Assembly (NCBI GenBank): GCA_007120085.1
Contig: SKOK01000122.1
Coordinates: 1-42,378 of the forward strand
DNA length: 42,378 nt
Source: Bacteroidales bacterium
GTDB lineage: Bacteria; Bacteroidota; Bacteroidia; Bacteroidales; UBA7960
Direction: 5' to 3'
Notes under the pieces: generated by a model
Database searches by the model: none
What the model saw: the letters and a program-made list of their open reading frames with translations, nothing else
Told to the model about the DNA's origin: nothing
Shown: piece after piece, positions 8,745-17,166 of the stretch
Layout of the letters: each line of letters starts with the position of its first letter
How positions within the stretch are numbered: the stretch's first letter is position 1
Program-made: the position numbers and the translations under genes

Positions 8745-10109
8745 ATGCTACGATCAATGAACCCGGTGAACGGTAAAATAATCCGTGAATATGCAGAGCA
8801 CAGTACTGAAGAAACTACTTCAATCATAAATAAATGTGCTGAGGCACAGAAAAAATGGGCAAAATCAGGTTTTGACATCCGCCGCAAGCTGATGAAACGA
8901 GCTTCGGAGATCCTGCGCTCAAAAACAGGTGACTATGCATTGATGATCACACAGGAAATGGGCAAGCCCATTGCGCAATCGCGTGCGGAGGTGTTAAAAT
9001 GTGCCAGGGTGTGTGATTATTATGCAGAAAATGCGGACGCTTTTTTATCCAGCGAGCAGGTTACAACCGAAGCTTCAGAAAGCTACATTGCTTACCGCCC
9101 AATAGGTGTAGTGCTTGCGGTGATGCCCTGGAATTTTCCTTTCTGGCAGGTGTTTCGCTTTGCAGCACCGGCAATTATGGCCGGCAATGGTGCGCTTTTA
9201 AAACATGCCTCCAATGTCACCGGCTCGGCACTGATGATTGAGGATATTTTCAAAGAAGCAGGATTTCCGGTACATCTGTTCCGCACCTTGAAGCTGCCCG
9301 GCAAAAAGGTGGCACAGGTGATAGAGAACCCCCTGGTAAAAGCCGTGACGCTGACAGGCAGTGTGGGTGCAGGTCGCGCTGTGGCTGCCAAAGCCGGAGA
9401 GATGCTAAAAAAGACAGTGCTGGAGCTTGGCGGCAGCGATCCTTATATCATCCTGAATGATGCTGACCTGGAAACTGCCGTTGACATTTGCGTAAAAAGC
9501 CGCCTTATCAATAGCGGCCAAAGCTGCATAGCGGCCAAGCGCTTCATTGTGGTCAAACCCCTATTCAAAGATTTCGAAACACTTTTTGTAAAGCGTATGC
9601 AGGATATGGTGATGGGTGACCCGATGTCTGAGAAAACCTTCGTCGGGCCACAAGCTTCGCTTTCCCTGAGGGATGAATTGCATGAACAGGTGGTTTCCAG
9701 CATTCAAAAAGGTGCAAAATGCTTGCTGGGCGGCACAATTCCTGATCGCCCAGGGGCGTGGTACCCACCAACCGTGCTCACCGACGTAAATCCAGGCATG
9801 CCCGCTTATGATGAAGAGATATTCGGTCCGGTGGCAGCCATCATTTCCGCCAACGACGAAGCTGATGCCATTCGCATCGCCAACGACAGCGTTTTTGGCT
9901 TAGGTGCTGCCGTGTTTACGGCGGATAAGGCGCGCGGGAAACGCATCGCCGAAACGGAATTACAGGCCGGTTGTTGCTTTGTAAACGAGATGGTGCAGTC
10001 AGACCCAAGATTGCCATTCGGTGGCATCGGCGACAGCGGTTATGGCCGGGAGCTTTCCTACGCCGGGATTCGTGAGTTTACAAATATCAAAACCGTGTAC
10101 GTTAAGTAA
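8745..10109 (+). CDS. gabD: NAD(P)-dependent succinate-semialdehyde dehydrogenase (aldehyde dehydrogenase family)
   Basis: 454 aa. Has the ALDH catalytic motifs VLELGGSDP (Glu) and NSGQSCIAAKR (Cys). N-terminus MLRSMNPVNGKII and the ~455 aa length are typical of short SSADHs. Confidence 0.8.
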   Translation: MLRSMNPVNGKIIREYAEHSTEETTSIINKCAEAQKKWAKSGFDIRRKLMKRASEILRSKTGDYALMITQEMGKPIAQSRAEVLKCARVCDYYAENADAFLSSEQVTTEASESYIAYRPIGVVLAVMPWNFPFWQVFRFAAPAIMAGNGALLKHASNVTGSALMIEDIFKEAGFPVHLFRTLKLPGKKVAQVIENPLVKAVTLTGSVGAGRAVAAKAGEMLKKTVLELGGSDPYIILNDADLETAVDICVKSRLINSGQSCIAAKRFIVVKPLFKDFETLFVKRMQDMVMGDPMSEKTFVGPQASLSLRDELHEQVVSSIQKGAKCLLGGTIPDRPGAWYPPTVLTDVNPGMPAYDEEIFGPVAAIISANDEADAIRIANDSVFGLGAAVFTADKARGKRIAETELQAGCCFVNEMVQSDPRLPFGGIGDSGYGRELSYAGIREFTNIKTVYVK

Positions 10110-10119
10110 TTGATTGAAT

Positions 10120-10352
10120 TCACTCTATCAGCCCCGCTTGTCGCAAAACTTTTAGGATTTGCTCTCTGGTAATGTTTTCCAGTTGCCCTTTGTCGTAAAT
10201 AAACACCGTAACCCAGACGAATGCCTGCTTTTGGATCTTCAGAAAGCTTCTCGACCAGTAATTGCAAGTCAGACTTCAGCGAAGGGTATTTTTTTAAGAA
10301 GCTTTCTAAAAAGCTTTTTAAATTCTGGAGTAGGATAAACTTTAAAGTTCAT
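10120..10352 (-). pseudogene. RelE/ParE-type toxin remnant (A7 frameshift plus internal deletion)
   Basis: Hand translation: ATG at 10352 gives MNFKVYPTPEFKKLFRKLLKK, then a stop after 27 codons. After a run of seven A (plus-strand T7 at 10289-10295), the next frame continues YPSLKSDLQLLVEKLSEDPKAGIRLGYGV. A third frame then gives FIYDKGQLENITREQILKVLRQAGLIE followed by a stop at 10120. The expected toxin core is missing. Confidence 0.65.
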
Positions 10353-10542
10353 CTATGAATTCTTGTGCGTTTTGCTTTTCAATTTTTCCTTCCTGCATCA
10401 ACTTGACCTGATTAAAGCTGTTTTGAAGTTCCACCAATGATTGTTCATCAGCTTCCGGGACTTGCACATAATCCGGTGTTTTGATGAACTCAAGAAATGT
10501 ATGGTATTTGTTATCGCTAATATTTAAAGTTAATTGCTTCAT
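10342..10542 (-). CDS. Small acidic putative antitoxin (intact) paired with the decayed RelE/ParE-like gene
   Basis: 66 aa (MKQLTLNISDNKYHTFLEFIKTPDYVQV...EFIDEL). Its stop overlaps the toxin-remnant ATG by 11 nt, a typical TA arrangement. The function is inferred from context only. Confidence 0.55.
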   Translation of the reverse strand: MKQLTLNISDNKYHTFLEFIKTPDYVQVPEADEQSLVELQNSFNQVKLMQEGKIEKQNAQEFIDEL

Positions 10543-10670
10543 GGCAGTGATTATTCAATACAACATAAAACTGTATCTTACAAAAACAACAATAATGCCT
10601 GAATTATGCAACTAATTTGTAAAAAAAGTGCATTTAATTATCTGCTGGTGCAGTGACAGCTGGCCTGCCA

Positions 10671-12869
10671 CTATTTCACACGCAAAGTTTCTAACAGCCT
10701 GATGGCGTCGGTCTGCTTCCTGATCACATACCTTGCATCAGTCTGGCTCATACCTACCTTCACCGTCCAGGCATGTTGGGGCAATGTATTGAAAAGCAGC
10801 TCATCCGACCAGCCTGCTCCAATTGCAAGAATGAAATCATACTCCTTTTTGCTGAGCCAGTGCATGGCGAGCTCTCCCTTGTTGATCCCTGAATTGCTGA
10901 TCTCAATCACTTTATTTCCGTGCATCACCTGCACACTGATGTTGGTAGTTATGGACAACAGGTGATCATTGACTTCGCTAACCAGCTTGGCTGCCTGCTC
11001 AACATCAGCTTTATGATAGTGCCACGCCACTGAATAGTCGCGCTCCTGCACATAAGCACCCGGCAAACGATCCGAGTATATTTCAAGAATTGAGATAATC
11101 TCCTTTTTCCACTCATTTGATAATGGTTTAAACAGCCGCCAATCCTTGCCTCCAGCTTGCCTGATCCATGAACCGTGTTCTGCAGTAAGGTTCACCGGCA
11201 AATCAGCTAACCAGACATCCAGCTCATCCTTTCCGCGCCCACTGATGATCACCACATCCGTTTTGGCTTGTTCATCAAGATTTTGCATAAGGTCCATCAA
11301 GGCTGCCTGAGGTTCGGCCGATGAGGGGTACCTGGTAAATGGGACCAATGTACCGTCGTAGTTCACAATAATGATGCGCTGTGAAGCACTCACAAACGCT
11401 TGTTGCAACTGTTCGAGCGTATTTGCCTTGAGCACTTTTTTCCGTGCTGAATATTGCGATCTCCTGGCTGATTCCAGCAGTATCTTCACAAAATCATTGG
11501 CCCACTTGGTAACGGTGTAACGCTTAAGGCGTTTTTGCATGATGTTGTTGCCCCTGACCTGCTCTTTCTCACTAATGCTCAGCGCTTCAGCTATTGAGTC
11601 AGCAATTTCATGATAGCTGTTTGGATTGATAATAAGCGATTCACTGAGCTCCTTGGCCGCACCAGTAAATTCACTCAGGATCAACACCCCTTTTTGATCC
11701 GTCAGGGAAGCAATGTACTCTTTCGCCACCAGGTTCATCCCATCACGTAAGGGTGTAAGCAGCGCCACGTCACTCATCCTGTATTGGGCAATCAATTCCT
11801 TGTGTGGCAGGGATGTATATTGATAAATCACCGGCGTCCATGAAATACTGCCGTAGTTACCATTGATGCGGCCAACCAGCTCATCGAGACGCTTTTTGAT
11901 CTGCATATATGTGCTCACACCCTCTCTTGATGGTACGACGATCATATTCAGAAGCACCTTCCCACGCCACTCAGGATGCTCTTCCAAAAAAAGTTCAAAG
12001 CCTTTTAACCGGTTAATAATACCCTTTGAATAATCCAAACGGTCAACAGAAAGCACAACTTTTGCCTCACCTGGCCCTGCTTTCGCAGAACGATGGGGCG
12101 ATACGTCCATCGTATGAAACTTATCAAACGCAATCCCCATCGGAAAGGTCTCCACCTCAACTGTATGGTCAGGCATATCAATACGACCCATGTGATTTTC
12201 CTTGCCAAGCACACGCAGCACACAGCGAAGGAAGTACTGGGAATAGTCGTGTGTGTGAAAGCCTACCAGGTCAGAGCCCATAAGTCCTTCCAGCACTTTT
12301 GTGCGGCTAGATGCAGGCAGCAGCCTGTACATCTCATAAGTTGGAAAAGGAATATGCAGAAAGAATCCAATGGGATTTGTAACTTTTTCCCTAAGCATTC
12401 CAGGCAACAACATCAAGTGATAGTCGTGCACCCAGATGATATCATCAGGCCGCAGCACCGCCATGATCTCTTCACAAAATATCTCATTCATCTGTTGGTA
12501 ATCAGTCCAGAAGTCCGCATCAAAGCGGGCATGATGGGGAAAATAATGAAAAAGCGGCCAGATGGTCTTGTTACAAAAGCCAAGATATACATTGTCCATT
12601 AGCTCTTTTTCAAGAAAAATGGGGGCAGCATTGAACTTTTCACTAACTTTTTGCCTAACTTCAGGCCTGTCTTCTTCTTTTACAGAAAGCCCTGGCCAGC
12701 CCATCCAAAGATACTCGGTAATATCACTTTCACTTTTTTCAAGGGTTTTGAGGTAATCGCTAAGGCCTGACACCAAGCCACCAGCACTTTTTTCCGCAAT
12801 GAATTCTCCATTTTCCTTGCGCACGGCAACAGGGAGGCGGTTTGAGATTATTAATAGTCGCATATTCAA
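10671..12869 (-). CDS. otsA: Bifunctional trehalose-6-phosphate synthase (GT20, OtsA-like) / trehalose-6-phosphate phosphatase (OtsB-like) fusion
   Basis: 732 aa. The N-terminus MRLLIISNRLPV and the ~460 aa GT20 body resemble OtsA. The C-terminal HAD domain has IIIVNYDGTLVPF (a DxDGT nucleophile motif). Confidence 0.88.
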   Translation of the reverse strand: MNMRLLIISNRLPVAVRKENGEFIAEKSAGGLVSGLSDYLKTLEKSESDITEYLWMGWPGLSVKEEDRPEVRQKVSEKFNAAPIFLEKELMDNVYLGFCNKTIWPLFHYFPHHARFDADFWTDYQQMNEIFCEEIMAVLRPDDIIWVHDYHLMLLPGMLREKVTNPIGFFLHIPFPTYEMYRLLPASSRTKVLEGLMGSDLVGFHTHDYSQYFLRCVLRVLGKENHMGRIDMPDHTVEVETFPMGIAFDKFHTMDVSPHRSAKAGPGEAKVVLSVDRLDYSKGIINRLKGFELFLEEHPEWRGKVLLNMIVVPSREGVSTYMQIKKRLDELVGRINGNYGSISWTPVIYQYTSLPHKELIAQYRMSDVALLTPLRDGMNLVAKEYIASLTDQKGVLILSEFTGAAKELSESLIINPNSYHEIADSIAEALSISEKEQVRGNNIMQKRLKRYTVTKWANDFVKILLESARRSQYSARKKVLKANTLEQLQQAFVSASQRIIIVNYDGTLVPFTRYPSSAEPQAALMDLMQNLDEQAKTDVVIISGRGKDELDVWLADLPVNLTAEHGSWIRQAGGKDWRLFKPLSNEWKKEIISILEIYSDRLPGAYVQERDYSVAWHYHKADVEQAAKLVSEVNDHLLSITTNISVQVMHGNKVIEISNSGINKGELAMHWLSKKEYDFILAIGAGWSDELLFNTLPQHAWTVKVGMSQTDARYVIRKQTDAIRLLETLRVK

Positions 12870-12955
12870 AATTTTAATTTCAATAAATTAGAATCACTTT
12901 GAGTGTTTTGCCAAATACAGATTATTGCCGGCTACAACAGGTTTACACCAGGTTC

Positions 12956-15358
12956 CTATGACGGGGAATCCAGCCGAAACTCTTTATGGTCATCGGTTTC
13001 AAATTTGTATCTGCGGCCTTTGATCCCAATTTTCACCGGGTCAGCCCAGCCCTTGTCCAAATCAACTTTAATCTTTCTGGAATTAATTGTCAGCTTGATC
13101 CAGTGACTCCTGTAGCGCACGTGAAACGTCATTTCCCTGATATCATCAGGCAATCGCGGATTGAGCCACAGCACATCATCACGAATTTCGAGCCCTGAAT
13201 AGCACCGCTGCAAAAGGTCGAGGGTCCCAGCCATCGCCCCAAGGTGTATCCCTTCGTTTGTTGTGCCCCCCTGGATGTCTTTGAAGTCGCTGACAAGCGC
13301 TGTTTTAAAGCTTTTCCACGACAGGTCGCGACGCGAGCGGGCATACACCCAGCTATGGATGACCTGGCTCAGGGTTGAACCATGCGAGGTGCGCTGGTAG
13401 TAATAATCAATGTTTTTGGGTATGCTTCCAGGATCTAAATCGTACCCAAGCCGGTTGAAAATTGCCGAAAGCTCTTCAAACGAAAACAAGTAAAAGAGCA
13501 TCAATACATCTGCCTGCTTGCTGGCCTTGTAGTAATTTGGTGAGTTACCTTCACTTTCAAGTATGCGATCAAGACGAATGGCCTCGCCGTATTTTTCCCT
13601 GTAGTGCCTCCAGTCGAGCTCCTTTAACTCTTCGTAACCCTCAAATTGTGATATGATATCTTCATCATGAAAAGGTACGAACATCCTTTGCGTCAATTTT
13701 TCCCACTTCTCCTTATCGGTTGCTGTCAAACCAATTTTATCCGCTATTTTATTGCAGCATGCTTCATCAAAAAGATCAAATAAATCAAGGGCCTTTTGAA
13801 TGACCCATGCAGCCATAACGTTGGTGTAAGCGTTGTTGTTCAGCCCTGGCTCGTCAGCGTCAGGATAATGCGTATGGTATTCATCCGGGCCCATCACTTT
13901 ATGTATTTCATAACGTCCGCTCTTCGGGTTAAACTGTGCCAGATCAGACCAGAAAAGTGCTGTAGCCATGATGATCTCTGCACCATGGGTGTGCAAAAAG
14001 TCATTATCGCCGGTAGCCTGGTAGTAATGCCAGACATTATATGCCACAGCCACATTGATATGGTATTGCAGATGGGATACATCAGGCAACCAGCGCCCTG
14101 ATTTGGGGTTAAGATGAATTTTCTGAGTCTCCTCACGGCCATTGCTGCCGCTTTGCCAGGGGAATAATGCGCCGCGATACCCATATTCTTTCGCAAGTTC
14201 ATAGGCCTCAGGCAAGCGACGATAGCGATAAAGCAGCAGTGACCGCGAAAGTTGCGGAAAGTGAAGGTCGATGAAAGGCTGTATATATAACTCATCCCAA
14301 AAGATGTGCCCTCGATAGCCTTCTCCATGCCAACCCCTGGCCGGCACGCCAATGTCATAATCCATGCTGTTTTTGGATACCGTCTGGTATAAGTGAAAGA
14401 TGTGCAAACGAATAAGTCGCTGGTCCGCATCAGATGCATCAACAACCATATCATTGTAATCCCATATCTGTTTCCAGGCCATCTTTTGTCTCCTTGCCAG
14501 TGTAGCAAAACTTGTGATGCGCTGCAGCCTGGTTTTCGCCTCGGTGAGCGGATCGCTGATGGCAAAATCGCGTGAACTATATAGTGCCAGCAGCTTTTCA
14601 ATACGAACAGGCTCCAATTTATTGCAATGCAAATAAAAATCATTGGCGATAAAACCCTCTTCGATAACCAGGCGCTGCTTTAAGTCCCGTTCTTCTTCGT
14701 GTATGATGATCGAGGTTTTTACAGCCTGGGTCATCCTGATATCCGATTGTTTGGTACGCGCCGAAAGGAAAATGCTGTTTTTGTCGATCTCGCCAAGATC
14801 ATAAATCTCCAGGTGGTCCTGGTTCAGTTCACTGTACCTTTCCACATTGTTGTTGATAATATCTCCATCAATACCAGAGCGAATAGTCATTTTTCCCGAC
14901 CAGTTTTCCGGGATGAGTGTCCACTCAATTCCGGCCATATGATAATCATCCATGCTTACCAATCGCCTGCTGATGATGGTTGTGATGTTGCCTTTGCCAT
15001 CCTGAAAGCGCATCTTGCGATCCAAAAGCCCCTCGCGCATGTTAAGCTCGCAAGCATAATCCAGCATTTCAACATCCTTAATATCAAACCAGGCATTGTT
15101 TCCTATTCTGAAATTCAGGTAAAGCCAGTTCGGCCAGTTCACAAGATCTTCATTCTCAACAACCTTGTCCTGCACCTTTGATTTCATGCGGTTGTAGCCA
15201 CCGGCAAGGTAAGTGCCGGGGTAATTATGGGCATTGTCTCTCTCCTGTTCAAGCGCTCCGCGGGTAACAAAGTAGCCGTTCCCCAGCGCAAACAGGGCTT
15301 CATGCGTTGGGTGATCCTTCGGGCTCCAGCTGTGAAATTTTATTTTCCAGGTGTTCAT
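12956..15358 (-). CDS. Glycoside hydrolase family 65 disaccharide phosphorylase (trehalose / trehalose-6-P / maltose / kojibiose type; specificity not assignable)
   Basis: 800 aa. Has N-terminal EALFALGNGYFVTRGA and the central WHGEGYRGHIFWDE motif typical of GH65. It sits next to a beta-phosphoglucomutase-domain gene. Confidence 0.85.
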   Translation of the reverse strand: MNTWKIKFHSWSPKDHPTHEALFALGNGYFVTRGALEQERDNAHNYPGTYLAGGYNRMKSKVQDKVVENEDLVNWPNWLYLNFRIGNNAWFDIKDVEMLDYACELNMREGLLDRKMRFQDGKGNITTIISRRLVSMDDYHMAGIEWTLIPENWSGKMTIRSGIDGDIINNNVERYSELNQDHLEIYDLGEIDKNSIFLSARTKQSDIRMTQAVKTSIIIHEEERDLKQRLVIEEGFIANDFYLHCNKLEPVRIEKLLALYSSRDFAISDPLTEAKTRLQRITSFATLARRQKMAWKQIWDYNDMVVDASDADQRLIRLHIFHLYQTVSKNSMDYDIGVPARGWHGEGYRGHIFWDELYIQPFIDLHFPQLSRSLLLYRYRRLPEAYELAKEYGYRGALFPWQSGSNGREETQKIHLNPKSGRWLPDVSHLQYHINVAVAYNVWHYYQATGDNDFLHTHGAEIIMATALFWSDLAQFNPKSGRYEIHKVMGPDEYHTHYPDADEPGLNNNAYTNVMAAWVIQKALDLFDLFDEACCNKIADKIGLTATDKEKWEKLTQRMFVPFHDEDIISQFEGYEELKELDWRHYREKYGEAIRLDRILESEGNSPNYYKASKQADVLMLFYLFSFEELSAIFNRLGYDLDPGSIPKNIDYYYQRTSHGSTLSQVIHSWVYARSRRDLSWKSFKTALVSDFKDIQGGTTNEGIHLGAMAGTLDLLQRCYSGLEIRDDVLWLNPRLPDDIREMTFHVRYRSHWIKLTINSRKIKVDLDKGWADPVKIGIKGRRYKFETDDHKEFRLDSPS

Positions 15359-15360
15359 AT

Positions 15361-15403
15361 TGGTTTACGGTTCAGGGTTACTGGTTGCGGGTTACGGTTA
15401 ATG
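15361..15403 (-). repeat. Degenerate heptad leader repeat abutting the GH65 start codon
   Basis: The sense strand reads attaacc gtaaccc gcaacca gtaaccc tgaaccg taaacca at ATG(15358). I counted 16 C versus 5 G on the sense strand over 43 nt. Confidence 0.75.
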
Positions 15404-15474
15404 TTTTTTTGGTTTTTGACAACGCAGAGACAGAGCATGCCCCGTCTCTACCACGGCCAATTGTAAATTACGCA

Positions 15475-17067
15475 TTACATATCAGGCACTACGAGTGAGA
15501 TAATTCGTTCAAAGAACTGCCTGACCTGATACACATTTTTCAGGCTGTAAGATGCAGCGGTTGGCTGTCCGATGTTTTCCACCAGGATGCCGATGCCTTT
15601 GCCCCTGATGGCCTCGAAGGCATCTTCATCGGTGACGTCATCACCAATGAATATCGGAACACATTGTTTATCCTTGTCAATGCCTAGGGCTTCCATTATC
15701 CACAAGACGGCTTTGCCCTTGTGCCAGTCGATGTCGGGTTTGATTTCCACCACCATCTTGCCTTCTCCTTTTTTATGGCCTTTATGCTTTCCCAGCATCT
15801 CATCCACTACGTCAAACACAAATGGCACATCCTTTTCATCGGCATTGCGATAATGCACGGCAATGGCATAGCGCTTGCGGTCGATCTGCACACCTTTTAC
15901 CTTTTCAGGAAATATTTTGTGCAGATCCTTCTCAATCTGATCAAGCGCGGCAATGATCTTATCCGAATCATCGTGCTCCATGAATAATCCATCAGGACCG
16001 GAAGTAATGTAACCGTGGCTGCCCGAATAAATGATGTTGTCAAGTTTGATGAATTGTTGCACATCTTCCTTGTCGCGCCCGGTAACCACCGCCACGGTAA
16101 ATTCATCTGCAAGCCTTGAGAGTGTTTTACGCATCTCATCTGACAGAACTGCGTCTTCAGGTTTTTGCACTATGGGTGTGAGTGTGCCGTCGTAGTCAAG
16201 GAAAAAGGCAGGCTTTTTATGATCCAGCTTCTGAAAAATATCTGATTCTTGTGAAAAAACCATCGGTTTTGATGCCTGGAAATACTGTCCCACTTCTTCG
16301 TTGCCTTCGAGGTCAATCTCATCAAAATTGTTGATACAGTAGTCGGCGCCATTGTCTTTAAGCTCACTAGCGTTTCCAAATCGGCTCACACCAACCACCA
16401 GTCCAAAGAAGCCAGCCTGGCCAGCTTTCACACCGGAGATGGCGTCTTCAAACACAATGCTTCGTTCAGGTCGGGCGTCAAGCTCTTTGGCTGCCTCAAG
16501 AAAAATGTCAGGATGTGGCTTTCCATTTAACTTCAGCCGCTCAGAAACAAGTCCATCAACTCTTACGTCAAACAGTTCAGCAATGCCTGCCTGTTCGATG
16601 ATCATCTTGCAGTTTTTGCTCGACGACACGATGGCTGTTTTCATGCCCTGCTTCCGCCATCGGCGGATTTTGGCCACTGCATCATCATAAACCTCTGCCC
16701 CATCTTTTTCAACAAGTTCCCGAAACAACTGATTCTTGCGGTTACCCAGACCACAAACAGTCTTTGCATCAGGTGGATCGTCCTTATTGCCATAAGGTAA
16801 TTGCACTTCACGCGCTTCCAGGAAGCTTTTTATCCCTTCGTAGCGGGGTTTGCCATCCAGGTAAGTGGTATAATCGCTCTCAGACAAGCCTGAAAAATCC
16901 TTATAGTCCTGATCATCAGGACCCTCTTGCGAACCCTGCTGCTTAAAAAACTCATCAAACAGCTGTTCCCAGGCTTTTTTGTGCAACTTCCGGGTTTGTG
17001 TAACTACCCCATCAAGGTCAAAAATGAGGGCATCAATTAGCGGTTTTTTATTCGTTTTTGTCTCCAT
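15475..17067 (-). CDS. Fusion of beta-phosphoglucomutase-family HAD hydrolase (N) and trehalose-phosphatase OtsB-like domain (C)
   Basis: The N-domain has LIFDLDGVVTQT and YLDGKPRYEGIKSFLEAR...DDPPDAKTVCGLGNRKNQLF (actinobacterial-type beta-PGM family). The C-domain has FFLDYDGTLTPI, SGSHG, AVHYRNA and IGDDVTDEDAF (TPP). The ORF-track start (TTG at 17148) translates a repeat, so I use the ATG at 17067 (METKTNKKPL). Confidence 0.8.
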   Translation of the reverse strand: METKTNKKPLIDALIFDLDGVVTQTRKLHKKAWEQLFDEFFKQQGSQEGPDDQDYKDFSGLSESDYTTYLDGKPRYEGIKSFLEAREVQLPYGNKDDPPDAKTVCGLGNRKNQLFRELVEKDGAEVYDDAVAKIRRWRKQGMKTAIVSSSKNCKMIIEQAGIAELFDVRVDGLVSERLKLNGKPHPDIFLEAAKELDARPERSIVFEDAISGVKAGQAGFFGLVVGVSRFGNASELKDNGADYCINNFDEIDLEGNEEVGQYFQASKPMVFSQESDIFQKLDHKKPAFFLDYDGTLTPIVQKPEDAVLSDEMRKTLSRLADEFTVAVVTGRDKEDVQQFIKLDNIIYSGSHGYITSGPDGLFMEHDDSDKIIAALDQIEKDLHKIFPEKVKGVQIDRKRYAIAVHYRNADEKDVPFVFDVVDEMLGKHKGHKKGEGKMVVEIKPDIDWHKGKAVLWIMEALGIDKDKQCVPIFIGDDVTDEDAFEAIRGKGIGILVENIGQPTAASYSLKNVYQVRQFFERIISLVVPDM

Positions 17068-17107
17068 TTCGCTAAATATACGAATTTTTTCGGAAACGGG
17101 AGAAAGG

Positions 17108-17160
17108 TAATGTGCAGATTTGCAGATTTGCAAATCTGCAGATGACAATGCAGGTGCGTG
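17108..17160. repeat. TGCAGATTTGCA word repeat containing a perfect 20-bp palindrome (17121-17140)
   Basis: The sequence is aatgtgcagatt tgcagatttgcaaatctgca gatgacaatgcaggtgcgtgg. It aligns along its length with 42119-42172 (ttaatgtgcaaatttgtagatgtgcaaatgagcagatttgaggtgagtgg). Confidence 0.7.
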
Positions 17161-17166
17161 GAAAGG

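Noticed and set aside
12093-12602. 169-aa plus-strand ORF (similar antisense ORFs at 36375-36881 and 33929-34375)
   Set aside because: They are antisense to otsA, dcp and ftsE respectively, all of which have clear motifs. These are typical shadow ORFs.
13894-14643. 249-aa same-strand alternative-frame ORF inside GH65
   Set aside because: The GH65 frame carries the family motifs across this region. The alternative frame is Trp/Cys/Arg-rich and has no motif.
15426-15449. Hairpin agagac-N12-gtctct after the beta-PGM/TPP gene, as a possible terminator
   Set aside because: The stem is only 6 bp with a 12-nt loop. On the relevant (minus) strand it is followed by A-rich rather than U-rich sequence.
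17068-17148. N-terminal extensions in the ORF track (also 8228-8248, 21379-21447, 25582-25647, 29990-30040, 31112-31174, 33820-33885, 39549-39599, 40168-40194)
   Set aside because: Most begin at TTG or GTG, or run through repeat DNA or a neighbouring gene. In each case an in-frame ATG downstream matches the usual family N-terminus, so the shorter models were used.
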